Assembly (NCBI GenBank): GCA_037447605.1
Contig: CM074804.1
Coordinates: forward strand, 2,046,001-2,110,000
DNA: 64,000 bases
Source of the DNA: Zygnema circumcarinatum SAG 698-1b
Taxonomy: Eukaryota > Plantae > Zygnematophyceae
Direction: 5' to 3'
Position 1 is the stretch's first letter, and every line of letters starts with the position of its first letter. Positions 35,101 to 47,916 of this stretch are shown one piece after another. Both the position numbers and the translations under genes were made by a program. The notes below the pieces were generated by a model. That model saw only the letters and a program-made list of their open reading frames with translations, did no database searches and was not told the origin of the DNA.

Positions 35101-38100
35101 GGAGTTGGATGTGTGGCGTGGGTTATCAACGTAGCACGATGGGAGAGGTGGGGCATGCAGATTTTTGACCATCCACAAAATCTTTTTCTAAACAAAATAA
35201 TTCAGTCCAACATGTACATTACTGAACTGGGCCGCGACCTTACTACCTCTCTGCGACGTACTACAAATGCGTGGCTGGCATTGCAGAATAACGTCAACTC
35301 TCTCCTTGACAGCAGCCTTGGTGAGTACCCATCAGTACCGCAGATGTTATTTTTGAGGGGGAAGTTTGTTTAATTTTCTCTGTTCGAAGTCAGGTCAATT
35401 TGACCTCTTTAATAATCATAAACTTTTGTGTCTTTAACTTCGAGTGAAGCTTCTGTAAAAATCAATTTGCCGAAACTTTCTGCGAAATCTCCCCTTTAAA
35501 CGCCAGATTTTGAGCATATGCCCCCCTTTCTTCAAGAAAATTTCTTTGCTAGCTTGTAGTCGTGCTTTTTAAAAACTATCAAGATGAGGAAAAAAATTTG
35601 CATGAACTTTGCTAAAGAACTCACGGCCGGCTCCCTATTGCTGTCTTGATGCCTCCCTCAGCAAGCACCATGCGTGAGGCAGCAAACTGCCCCAAGTTTC
35701 GTCACACTGCAATGGACTGTAGTGTTCTAAGACCACGTCGCCTATTTATTTCAAAGCAGCTGCAGGTAGCGGTGCGAAAAACGAGACGAATTTTGGGATC
35801 CGGCAACAGCTGGAGAAGAAGGAAGGGATATTCCGCATGAACATGATGGGGAAGCGTGTGAACTATGCGTGCCGTTCGGTCATTTCGCCAGACCCGTATA
35901 TTCAAGTTAACGAAATTGGAATTCCCCCCTATTTCGCTATGCGGCTGACTGTCCCTGTGGTGAGTCGTCTTCAGCCACCAGTCTCTTAGAGATTTTTTTC
36001 AATGCTTACAGGAAACGCGCTCGGTAATGTTGAAACATGTTGGCAAGAAGTGAACATGTCAAATTGATTTTCCCTCTAAGCTTCATTGTCAAGCGTGCCT
36101 AACCTAGAAAGTTCAATCGTTGTCGTCTTCAGTTGTCTGGAAAGAACCTTCACAGTCTTGACATGGAAGATTTTTATATTCCATACAAGAATGAAATGAA
36201 ACAAACAGTGGCTTTTTTTTCTTTATGAAAACCTGTACTGTCTCCTAGTATCGAAGCAAAAGCTTGACCATTTTCGAATTGCGTGCCTCATTCTGCTCAT
36301 TTCCATCGCTTGTGAATCTTCCTATCCTTCGCCACTCACTTGAATCCCCAAGCTTACGACACAGACAACCGCGTAAATCCCGAACACTCTGTTTGCAAAC
36401 TCATCCCCGAGCCCGAGCCCTGCTCTTGTGAATGAGTGGCCAGTCAGTCAGGCGACTCCTGAACCCTCAACCCCTGAACCCTCAATCCCTGAACCCTCAA
36501 CCCCTGAACCTTCAACCCCTGAACCCTCAACCCCTGAACCCTCAACCCCTGAACCCTCAACCCCTGAACCCTCAACCCCTGAACCCTCAATCCCTGAACC
36601 CTCAACCCCTGAACCCTCAACCCCTGCACCCTCAACCCCTGCACCCTCAACCCCTGAACCCTCAACCCCTGAACCCTCAACCCCTGAACCCTCAACCCCT
36701 GAACCCTCAATCCCTGAACCCTCAACCCCTGAACCCTCAACCCCTGAACCCTGAACCCCTGAACCCTCTTCCCCTGAACCCTCAACCCCTGAACCCTCAA
36801 CCCCTGAACCTTCAACCCCTGAACCCTCAACCCCTGAACCCTCAACCCCTGAACCCTCAACCCCTGAACCCTCTTCCCTGAACCCTCAACCCCTGAACCC
36901 TCAACCCCTGAACCCTGAACCCTGAACCCTGAACCCTGAACCCTCAACCCCTGAACCCTCAACCCCTGAACCCTCAATCCTGAACCCTCAACCCTAAACC
37001 CTCAACCCCTGCACCCTCAACCCCTGCACCCTCAACCCCTGAACCCTCAACCCCTGAACCCTCAACCCCAACCCTCCCTGAACCCTCAACCCCTGAACCC
37101 TCAACCCCTGCACCCTCAACCCCTGCACCCTCAACCCACCCTCAACCCCTGAACCCTCAACCCCCCCTCAACCCCTGAACCCTCAACCCCTGAACCCTCA
37201 ACCCCTGAACCCTCAACCTCTGAACCCTAACCTCTGAACCCTCAACCCCTGAACCCTCTGAACCCTCAACCCCTGAACCCTCAACCCCTGAACCCTCAAC
37301 CCCTGAACCCTCAACCCCTGAGCCCTCAACCCCTGAACCCTCAGCCCCACAGACCTCAACCCCTGAACCCCTGAACCCTCAATCCCTGAACCCTCAACCC
37401 CTGAACCCTCAACCCCTGCACCCTCAACCCCTGCACCCTCAACCCCTGCACCCTCAACCCCTGAACCCTCACCCCTGAACCCTCAACCCCCCCTGAACCC
37501 TCAATCCCTGAACCCTCAACCCCTGAACCCTCAACCCCTGCACCCTCAACCCCTGAACCCTCAACCCCTGCACCACCCCTGAACCCTCTGAACCCTCAAC
37601 CTCTGAACCCTAACCTCTGAACCCTCAACCCCTAACCTCTGAACCCTCAACCCCTGAACCCTCAACCCCTGAACCCTCAACCCCTGAACCCTCAACCCCT
37701 GAACCCTCAACCCCTGAACCCTCAACCCCTGAACCCTCTGAACCCTCTTCCTGAACCCTCAACCCCTGAACCCTCAACCCCTGAACCCTCAACCCCTGCA
37801 CCCTCAACCCCTGAACCCTCAACCCCTGAACCCTCAACCTCTGAACCCTAACCTCTGAACCCTCAACCCCTGAACCCTCAACCCCTGAACCCTCAACCCC
37901 TGAACCCTCAACCCCTGAACCCTCAACCCCTGAACCCTCAACCCCTGAACCCTCTTCCCCTGAACCCTCAACCCCTGAACCCTCAACCCCTGAACCCTCA
38001 ACCCCTGAACCCTCAACCCCTGAACCCTCAACCCCTGAACCCTCAACCCCTGCACCCTCAACCCCTGAACCCTCAACGCCTGAACCCTCAACCCCTGCAC

Positions 38101-41100
38101 CCTCAACCCCTGAACCCTCAACCCCTGAACCCTCAATCCCTGAACCCTCAACCCCTGAACCTTCAACCCCTGAACCCTCAACCCCTGAACCCTCAACCCC
38201 TGAACCCTCTTCCCCTGAACCCTCAACCCCTGAACCCTCAACCCCTGAACCTTCAACCCCTGAACCCTCAACCCCTGAACCCTCAACCCCTGAACCCTCA
38301 ACCCCTGAACCCTCTTCCCTGAACCCTCAACCCCTGAACCCTCAACCCCTGAACCCTCAACCCCTGAACCCTCAACCCCTGAACCCTCAACCCCTGAACC
38401 CTCAACCCCTGAACCCTCAATCCCTGAACCCTCAACCCCTGAACCCTCAACCCCTGCACCCTCAACCCCTGAACCCTCAACCCCTGAACCCTCAACCCCT
38501 GAACCCTCAACCCCTGAACCCTCAACCCCTGAACCCTCAACCCTGAACCCTCAATCCCTGAACCCTCAACCCCTGAACCTTCAACCCCTGAACCCTCAAC
38601 CCCTGAACCCTCAACCCCTGAACCCTCTTCCCTGAACCCTCAACCCCTGAACCCTCAACCCCTGAACCCTCAACCCCTGAACCCTCAACCCCTGAACCCT
38701 CAACCCCTGAACCCTCAACCCCTGAACCCTCAATCCCTGAACCCTCAACCCCTGAACCCTCAACCCCTGCACCCTCAACCCCTGCACCCTCAACCCCTGA
38801 ACCCTCACCCCTGAACCCTCAACCCCTGAACCCTCAATCCCTGAACCCTCAACCCCTGAACCCTCAACCCCTGCACCCTCAACCCCTGCACCCTCAACCC
38901 CTGAACCCTCAACCTCTGAACCCTAACCTCTGAACCCTCAACCCTGGAACCCTCAACCCCTGAACCCTCAACCCCTGAACCCTCAACCCCTGAACCTCAA
39001 CCCCTGAACCCTCAACCCCTGAACCTCAACCCCTGAACCCTCAACTCTGAACCTCAACCCCCTGAACTCCTCAACCCCTGAACCTCAACCCCTGAACCCT
39101 CAACCCCTGCACCCTCAACCCCTGAACCCTCAACCCCTGAACCCTCAACCCCTGAACCCTCAACCCCTGAACCCTCAATCCCTGAACCCTCAACCCCTGA
39201 ACCCTCAACCCCTGAACCCTCAACCCCTGAACCCTCAACCCCTGAACCCTCAACCCCTGAACCCTCAACCCCTGAACCCTAACCTCTGAACCCTAACCCC
39301 CGTGTGACAGGCGGTGACGAAGCACAACCGCGAGTGGCTGCGGCAGCTTGTCCTGGCCGGCAACGAGACCCATCCGGGCGCCGCTGCCGTCGAGGACGAG
39401 GACGGGCGCGTGGTGCGCCTAACCGGCCTCAGCGCCGCTAGGCGCCGCGCCCTGGCCAAGGCCCTCAGCTCCACGCCCGCCGCGCAGAAGGGGGGGGGGG
39501 CGCCCCGCCAACGGGGGGCAGCCAAAGTCGTGTACCGGCACATGGTAGACGGGGATCTGGTGCTGCTAAACCGGCAGGTGTGCTCGCGGCTGGTTCGGGC
39601 ACCATGGAAAGGGAAGGGGCGGAGTTTGGGATTGGGGGAGGCACTGCTTGAACGTTGGTTTTAGTTTTATTGGAAGGTTTTCGTGATTATTCAGTGGGTC
39701 AGTGTGGAGAGGTTCTGGAGTGGAAAGTGCTGTTAGATGAATTCAAGACCTGTCGGAATGACTCATGCCCTGTGAAGTTCAAGAAGTTCGTCTGGGAAGG
39801 GTTGAGTGGCAGCTCATGCAATGAAAGATTGGTACTAGTCTATTCGGTAGACTGACTCGAGTTTTTGCAATCGACAAGCGAGACAAGGCGACTACTGAGC
39901 ATGGAATGGCGGCACTTTGGGTTTTGCTTTGGGCCAGCCTACTTTGCACAAACCTGGCATCATGGGACATCGCGCAAAGATTTTGAAGGGAGAGAAGACG
40001 CTGCGCATGCATTACGCCAACTGCAAGTGCGCCTTCTGCCCTTAGCATGGCTCTGAGCTCAATGTCTTTGTTCCTACATCTTGGCCTTACTTCTGTGGGT
40101 AGAGTCAATTTGCAGATTTTGTGCGGGTTGGGTCCCTTATGGAAGATAGAGTTTTCTTTATTGAGATTTCAGTAGTGAGTTCAATAGTTCAGGTATCACC
40201 GATCCCACATGTAGTGCACTATCGCAAGCATTCAACAGACTTGACATACAATTCTTGCCCCGCCTGATTGTCGCTAGGCATTTCTGCGATTCATGGGGTT
40301 TGCCATATCGCGTCATAGTCCCTTTCAAGTGTGGCATGGCAGTGTGTACAATGCGGACTTCGATGGCGACGAAATGAATGTGCATTTTCCCCAGGACGCC
40401 ATTGGGCAGGCCGAGGCGATGGCCATAGTGAACGCGGACGAGCAGTACATCGTGCCCACAAGCGGAGCGCCCTGCAGGGGGCTCATTCAGGTGCTGCCAA
40501 CCCTCCGGTGAGGTGGAGGTACAGCTCAGAGATGCGATGCTAAATAGTCTAAAGAGGGTTGCAATGAAGAGTCTGCTGCTCTCCACCTTTTATGAGGCCA
40601 ACCATTTCATGCTCCATTTGCGGAATGAACAGCAGCAAGGAGCTCATTCGGCCTCAATCGTGCATTCAAAAACTTGGAGAGGTTTGGACGAGCCGGAAAG
40701 AGTAGGGAGAAGCTCATTGGCAAAGAAATGTCATGCAGGACCACATTGTGGCGGGGACACTTTTGACGATGGCGGGAACGGTGCTGACAAGAGAGGCGTA
40801 TCAGCAATTGCTTTATGCCTCATGCATTCCGCACGCGTTTCGGCAGCAGGGAACGACTGCAGCGGTGGTGGCTGGGCAGGAGCAGCCGTTCAAACTCATG
40901 CCACCCGCGATACTGAAGCCGCGCTGTCTATGGACCGGCAAGCAGGTGTGCCTCCCTTCCTCACGCCTCCTCTGTTTTGATTGCGAGTAGGCATTTGCAG
41001 AAGATGATGTAGAGGGATTTCGAGTGTAGTAATGGCCGGGAACATTGAGAACACGAAGTTTTCCTAGGTCCATCCTCTCCGTACAAGCCATGGCGTCACA

Positions 41101-44100
41101 GGCAAGCGGATGCGTGGCATAGTGAAGCGTCCTGTGTTGTGTGTGTAATGGCTGTGCAGGTGATCAGCACCGTTCTGCAGTGTGCCACGAGGGGGCAGTT
41201 CCCCATGGCCCTCGCGACCAATACCAAGGTGACAGGTCAGCACTGGGAGGACCTGCGGGAGGAGGACACCACAATGTTGGTACGCGAGAACGAGCTTCTC
41301 ACCGGAGTGATGGACAAGGCGCAGTTTGGCAAGTGGGGCATTGTGCACTCCTTCCATGAGCTCTATGGCAGCGCAGCGGCGGGCCAGCTACTCTCCACCC
41401 TCAGTCGACTCTTCACAGCCTTTCTGCAGGTACATTTTACGTCCTTTCTCTACCTGCCCAAACCACCCTTGAAAGCCGGCTTTTCTGCTGTCGAATGGGT
41501 TTGCCGCGCAAGAGCCGTCACTGAGGTTGACAACACATTTGGAACTTGCTTTTCCCTCTTCGTGATGTGCGATGTAAGGAGCGCAGATGCACGGCTTCAC
41601 CTGCGGTATCGACGATTTGCTACTGAAGCCAACTGCGGAGGATGTTCGTGCAACAATTTTAGAGCAAGCGGCTGATGTGGGCATGCGCGTACATGCTGCC
41701 TTCGTGGGGATTCCTGAGAAAGGTTAGCCGGTGCTCTCTAATGTCACTCACTTCTATAATGTTGCTTTGAATGGAAGCTGAGATAATCGTGACAGTCTTT
41801 ACCACATGCGTCATCCGAATTAAGAAAAGAGGACTTGGGTGAGAGGGAGCTTCCAATGGCACTGGTCCATCTATGGCCAGCTGCGAGAGAAGTTCCCTCA
41901 GATTGAATGGGGTGGTTAGAAGCTGTAACGTGCATTTTGCGCACTTGGCAGTTTATGCTTCACCTCTACAAAGGTAACCAGAGTTTTCATCCTCAACGAA
42001 TGAGAGGAAGCCTCAGGTGCAAGCTGTATATGCTATAAATTTATGTATGTAAACGAATTATTCTAACGTATAGCTCTCATTATTACGTTACTGACTACTC
42101 CAAAACTGTGTCGATTCTTCCCCTTCTTTCCCTTCTTCCCCTTCTTCCCCTTCTTCCCCTTCTTCCCCTCCTTCCCCTTCTTCCCCTTCTTCCCCTTCTT
42201 CCCCTTCTTCCCCTTCTTCCCCTTCTTCCCCTTCTTCCCCTTCTTCCCCTTCTTCCCCTTCTTCCCCTTCTTCCCCTTCTTCCCCTTCTTCCCCTTCTTC
42301 CCCTTCTTCCCCTTCTTCCCCTTCTTCCCCTTCTTCCCCTTCTTCCCCTTCTTCCCCTTCTTCCCCTTCTTCCCCTTCTTCCTCTTCTTCCCCTTCTTCC
42401 CCTTCTTCCCCTTCTTCCCCTTCTTCCCCCTCTTCCTCTTCGTACTTGAGGGATGTTCCAGGTGCAGACCCCAGCAGGGTGCGCGAGGAGGTGGCTCGCC
42501 AATTCCGGCAGCGCAAGGAGGCGGCGCGGGCACAGCTGGACGGTCGGATGACGAGCGCCCTCAGCCAGATCACGACACGTGTCACCAACAGCTGCCTGCC
42601 TGCGGGCCTCTTCAAACCGTTCCCCTACAACTGCATGGCTATGATGACGGTGACGGGCGCCAAAGGAAGTGGTGTACGTATGAGTGCTCCAACAAATCCG
42701 TGAATGAATTCATTGAATTCTTCATTCAATTCATTGAATTGAATTCTTCTCCATGAATGATTTTCGCACACATTTGAGGTGGTGGCTGGTGCGATAGCTA
42801 CTGTAATGCCATAGACTTTGGTTTTGTTTAGATTCGTGTTCGAGAGAACAGCGGCTTGAATCGACCTGCGAGGCAGCTATGGTGACAAAGGGCAGCCCTA
42901 TCGCATGCAGGTGAACTTCAACCAGATATCGGCACTGCTCGGACAGCAGGAACTGGAAGGAAAGCGTGTGCCCCGAATGGCGTCAGGAAAAACTCTTCCG
43001 TGCTTTGCTCCTTGGGACTTTTCTGCAAGGGCGGGAGGGTATATCAGCGACCGCTTTCTGACAGGGCTGCGTCCGCAGGAATACTACTTCCATTGCATGG
43101 CCGGTCGGGAAGGGTGAGTCTCGGCGCTTTCTTCATATTTCTTCAATATTGAATGTTTGCCAGGAGCCTTTCTTTGCTTTTGCTGGAAGTGATATCCGGC
43201 CTCTGTGTGCAGGCTGGTGGACACCACTGTGAAGACATCGCGCAGCGGGTATTTGCAGCGGTGTATGGTTAAGAATTTGGAGGGGCTCCGAGTGCACTAC
43301 GACTACACGGTGCGCGACTCGGATGCGACCGTTGTGCAGTTCCGCTATGGCTCGGATGCGCTGGACACTACGCGCATATCGTATTTGTCCAACTTCAACT
43401 TCATGCTGCAGGTCCTTTCTCACGCTGTTTGCCTCCACATTGCGTTTGCCCGTTCTGCGTGCTTCCAGTGGGGATGGATGTCTACTTGCACCCTGCTACG
43501 TGTGTGAGCCGATGGCCGTGTACCGTTTCAGGGTGAGGTCTAGTCACTCCAAATGTAGTTTGGAGAAGAGGGCTGTTTGGGAATAGAAACAGCTAAAGGA
43601 GAGCATACGGTATGAGCTTCTCCCATGATCCGAAGTATCAACTGCTCATTGTGGACCGTTGACAACGAACTGTCGACGGTCTCTAAAATGCCGTAATGTA
43701 TGATTAATAAACTAAAAGGTATTTAAATTTTTGAATGCCGGTTTAAGTTGCGATAGGTGCACATGTGGAAGAGGAGTATCGCCAGAGAGACACAAAGATT
43801 TGAAACCCAGGAGGGCTCTCCCCTCTTCTGGCAGCCTTCATCAACCAACTAGAGAGTTGGTTGTATCTCGAATAGGCATTGGCATGCTCTACTTTGCTTT
43901 GCGTGTGTATCACCGGGTCTTGCCCATTTTTAATCAAACTCTCGTTTGCGGAGTGTTGGGGAGCATCAGAATGAGGCGCAGCTGAACGAAGCACTGCCCG
44001 TAGCTGCAGCGCAAGCAGGGGGGCCCTTGAGCAGCAGTGAAGCAGCGGCATGTAGAAAGGCCATTCATCGCGAAGCAGGAGGGGGCAAAAAGAAGCGTTC

Positions 44101-46586
44101 CAATAGTGGAGGCGGTATGGAGGGGGCCATGACTGTACTCGACGAGTGCCTGCCGGGGGCCTGCTTAGGCTCTGTCTCAGAAGCGTATGAAGCGGATATG
44201 GTCAGATTTCTCAAAAACATAAAAAAGGAAAGACGGAGCAGCATGCGGCGTCTGATGGAGTTGAAGTATTTGCGCAGTTTGGCCGAACCGGGTGAGCCGG
44301 TGGGAGTGCTTGCGGCACAATCCATAGGGGAACCTTCCACGCAGATGACGTAAGTATGTGGCTTTAGCTGTTTCCCTTGGCTCGCCGAACCACATCGCAC
44401 TGCAACATGACGTAAAAGCGATGTTGAGTTTGCAGAGGTCTTCGCGGCTCATGTAATTTTTGTCTGGTCGCAGAAAGTAAGGTCGAACTGGTAACCGTGA
44501 TTGGCAGTACCTAAGCAAGTCCGATTCCTTGTCTTAGGTATTGCCCACACTTCATCAAGGAACTGCTTCGTTGCATGTTCCTTTGCGCAGGTTGAACACT
44601 TTTCACTTTGCAGGGCGAGGGGAGGCCAACGTGACCCTCGGTATTCCTCGACTGCGTGAAATCTTGATGACTGCTGCACGAGAAATAGCCACCCCTGTCA
44701 TGGAGTGTCCGCTGCTTCCTGGAAAGACCCGGTAAGGGCTGCAAACTCCTTATGCTAGTGATAGGGAGTGGTAGGCACACACGATGAGTCTTCTGATTTC
44801 CAACATTCTTCTGCCCGTGTGCAGGAAGGATGCAGAGCGTGTAGCAGGTCATCTCCGGAAGCTGACAATGGCAGAGCTCCTGGAGGGTATTAGAGTAGAG
44901 CAGAGCACTGTTATCGGGGAAGCAGGGCAGAACTTGCTCCGCTACTCCATTCGATTTAGCTTCTACGACTGCAGTAGATACCCATCAGAGCTGCAGCTGA
45001 CATTTAAGGAACTCGTCGACACCTTCAGAAACGTGTTCATGCCGCGTTTGCTGTTGGAGGTGAAGAGGATACAGGCCAAGGCTGACGGAGCTGCGAATGT
45101 AACGGTGGAAGTAGCGCCTCGAAGCGGAGCGGCGGCAGGGAGGGAGGGGGATGAAGACGAAGGAGAGCAGGAAAGGGCGGAGGAGATGAAGGATTCTCCT
45201 CCAGATTTTGATAAGGAGGAGGAGGATGAGGACGCGGGAGCTGAAGAGGAAGGCCATGACGCCGAGAAGCGCAGAGGTCAGGGAACAGATGAGCATGGGT
45301 ATGAGGAGGAGGATGAAGAAGAGAGGAAGTTGGCTGAGAATGTGCGGCGGGAGGCAGAGGTGCTTGATTGGGCGGGCTCTGGAGAAGATGCGGGAGATGA
45401 AGAAGACGAAGATAAAGCAGTGAACAGTAATCATGCTGATGGAAAGGAGTTTGATGACGATGAGGTACAGAGTGAGGTCGACGACACTCCGTTTCAGGGA
45501 AGAGAGGACGATGATGAGCTCTATCCGTTAGACAGGGGGCAGGAACCGAGTATTGATCCTAAGAGACAGAGTGGTTCTGCAAAGAAAGGAGTTGCAAAGA
45601 AAGGAGATTCAGGCATCAGAAAAAAGAATGATGCAAGCAAGGATGCAGGCGTCAAGAAGGGGGCACGGAAAAAATCAAAGGGCGTACAGTTGGAGGAGGT
45701 GGAGGTGGGTGAAAACTGGTGCCGGGCAAGTATCAGCATCCCGCTTGGTGGGTCGAGAATTTTGCTCCACGAAGTGAGTCCTGTCCCCTTCCTCAGTGTA
45801 CTGTTCTGTTCTGAGACAGGCCGGATCTCAGGGCATTCGCAGGGTTTCTCGCTTCCCTGGGCCTCCTAAGCCTTTCCTGCATGGCCATCTAAACAGGTGA
45901 AGGCTGTCACATAACAGGAAATCGCAAGAGGTGATGTCGAGCCCGCTTATGGCAGGATATGTCCTCTGTGCCGGGCAGGAAGGATCGTCCGCTGTTCATT
46001 CGTGTACAGAGTACTATTTGCGCTGATCGTCCGTTTCTGCTGCGTGCAGGTGGTGGAGAAGACGGCTGCCCTCGTGTTGGTGAGGTCGACTAGCGGCATT
46101 GATCGCTGCCTTGTTCTCGACGGAGAGGGCGCGGGAAAGCCCCCCCGGCTGCAGATAGAGGGCCTCAATATTGAGGGCCTTGCAGCGCTGGGGGACGGCG
46201 TCCTCGACCTCCGGCAGCTCACCACTAATCACATTTTTGCAGTCCTCAAATGGCTGGGGGTGGAGGCGGCGCGGGCCACTATTGTGGCGGAGGTGAGGAG
46301 GGTGTTCGGGATGTACGGCATCAACGTCGACCCACGGCATTTGAGCCTCATCGCCGACTTCATGACGCAAGAGGGGGGCTACCGGGCTTGCAATAGGATA
46401 GGCATAGAATCTAACTCCTCTCCCCTTCAGAAAATGAGCTTTGAGACGGCTATGCACTTCCTTGTGGGGGCCACTCTGCAGGGGCAGAAGGACTCCCTGC
46501 AGTCGCCCTCGTCGAGGATCATTGTTGGGAGGGTAGTGGAGATGGGGACCGGATCGTTTGACATCCTGCACAACATAAGCACGTAA
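31967..46586 (+). CDS. NRPA1: DNA-directed RNA polymerase I largest subunit (RPA1/A190), ~20 exons
   Basis: [76 protein letters not shown], catalytic [16 protein letters not shown] (~40346-40390), [60 protein letters not shown], Pol I acidic expander region, [19 protein letters not shown]. Stop at 46584-46586. Confidence 0.97.
32043..32111. repeat. Poly-G tract interrupted by a 10-N gap in NRPA1 intron 1
   Basis: G homopolymer on both sides of the N run; true length unknown. Confidence 0.85.
36458..39300. repeat. 2.8-kb intronic minisatellite, 15-bp unit GAACCCTCAACCCCT (~190 copies) with variants
   Basis: Direct reading. Variants include GCACCC, CAATCCC, CTCTTCCCC and AACCTCTGAACCCTAA. It lies between NRPA1 exons ending ...RLTVPV and starting AVTKHN (39311). 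Confidence 0.97.
42116..42440. repeat. (CCCCTTCTT)n polypyrimidine tandem repeat, ~36 copies, in an NRPA1 intron
   Basis: Direct reading; ends ~20 nt before the acceptor at ~42461. Confidence 0.95.
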
Positions 46587-47916
46587 CCGGAGAGCTCTAC
46601 TCCTGTCCGCAATATGCGAAAGCTTGGCAGAATTGCTTTGCTTTGTTGTGAGCTGATGGCAAATTATTTGCCTTTTTGGCGCCGCATTGTTTCTGAAGAA
46701 GTGCAACGAGAGCATCCGATGGACAGCAGCTGCAGCTGCATAGCCCCAAGTTCGCCCTGAAAAGGAGAGAGGGGCCTTGTGATAGGATGGACTCACAGGC
46801 AGCTTAGCCCATCCTCCCGAGCTTGCCCGCATGGCACTCACACTTACGCCACTGTCCGACACGGTTGACCGCTTGACGTTTGCGCGATGGAACTTTTGAA
46901 ACCTCCAATCCTCGCGGTTGAAGGGTGATGGATGGATCTCCGGATGGCGATCCTGCGGCTTCACGCCGAAAAGGAGCGAAGAAGCGAGGAGGCCAGCGCT
47001 GAAGGGCGACGGAAATGCGCTGTCGACGGAAATGCGCTGTCGATTAAAAGTAGCCAGGAGCGGAGGAGGAGAGGAGGCCTTCCTTCCTTCCAGGGCCGTG
47101 CGCGCATCTCCAAGGAGCGATCGATGGGCGCACGCACGCACTTGCGGAGGAAGGACGGCATCCAAACGGGCGTCGACGCACCCGCAAATCGCAACGTGCA
47201 TATGAATAAACTCGTCATGAAGCGCGCGCGTCTACAAAGTATAAGGGCGCAACACGTGGAGGGACATGATTGGTCGCGGCAACATATGACACTACTTTTT
47301 TGCTCGTTTCGTCACGTCACGGTCCCAAACAAACCCGTCCCGTCACGGTCCCAAACAAACCCGTCCCGTCACGTCAAATGTTGCCGCGGCCAATCATGTT
47401 GCTCCACGTGTTGCGCCCTTATACTTTATAAACGCGCGCGCTTCGTACATTCAAATCACCATCCGTACACCCAACGAAAAAAGGTCTGTATCTATTCTAC
47501 AAAATTATGAAACAGCATTTTTCGCTAAAAAATCCGGAAAATGATACAAGCGCCCCACTTTGTGGATATTCGCGCCCCCTTTCGGGAAAAAACTGTACTT
47601 TCATTTTGGCTAATCACGCCCCCCCCCTGGATCTTTCGGGAGGAGAGATCTTGTAGACAATCGGACCCCGCGCCTCGCGCGCAGGATCCGACCGTGCACT
47701 GACGTACGGCCCCGCGCATCGCGGCGCGGCCCGCGAGATGCGGTGAGCCTACGGAAACGTTGTCCTCACTTGACCCTTTTGGGTCAGAGGTTGCGACGTG
47801 GCAGTCTACCATTGGACAGCCCTGCTGCCGGTCCCCCATGCCGATACAGTGGACCCCGATAATATTTTCCACCTTGTACAGCGCGTCCCCAAGAAATTCG
47901 CCCCGATTTTGCCGAA

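Noticed and set aside
36428-39268. ORFs of repeated EPSTP / PQPLN / RVQGL peptides
   Set aside because: These are translations of the 15-bp intronic minisatellite; frequent 1-bp indels break every frame, and the flanking NRPA1 exons join correctly without it.
42063-42615. Poly-GEE, poly-GKK, poly-GRR and poly-LLP ORFs
   Set aside because: Six-frame artefacts of (CCCCTTCTT)n inside an NRPA1 intron.
46014-47201. 395-aa minus-strand ORF
   Set aside because: Its 3' half is the antisense shadow of the GC-rich last NRPA1 exon; no domain was recognised. Only the possible spliced 5' part is kept as a low-interest finding.
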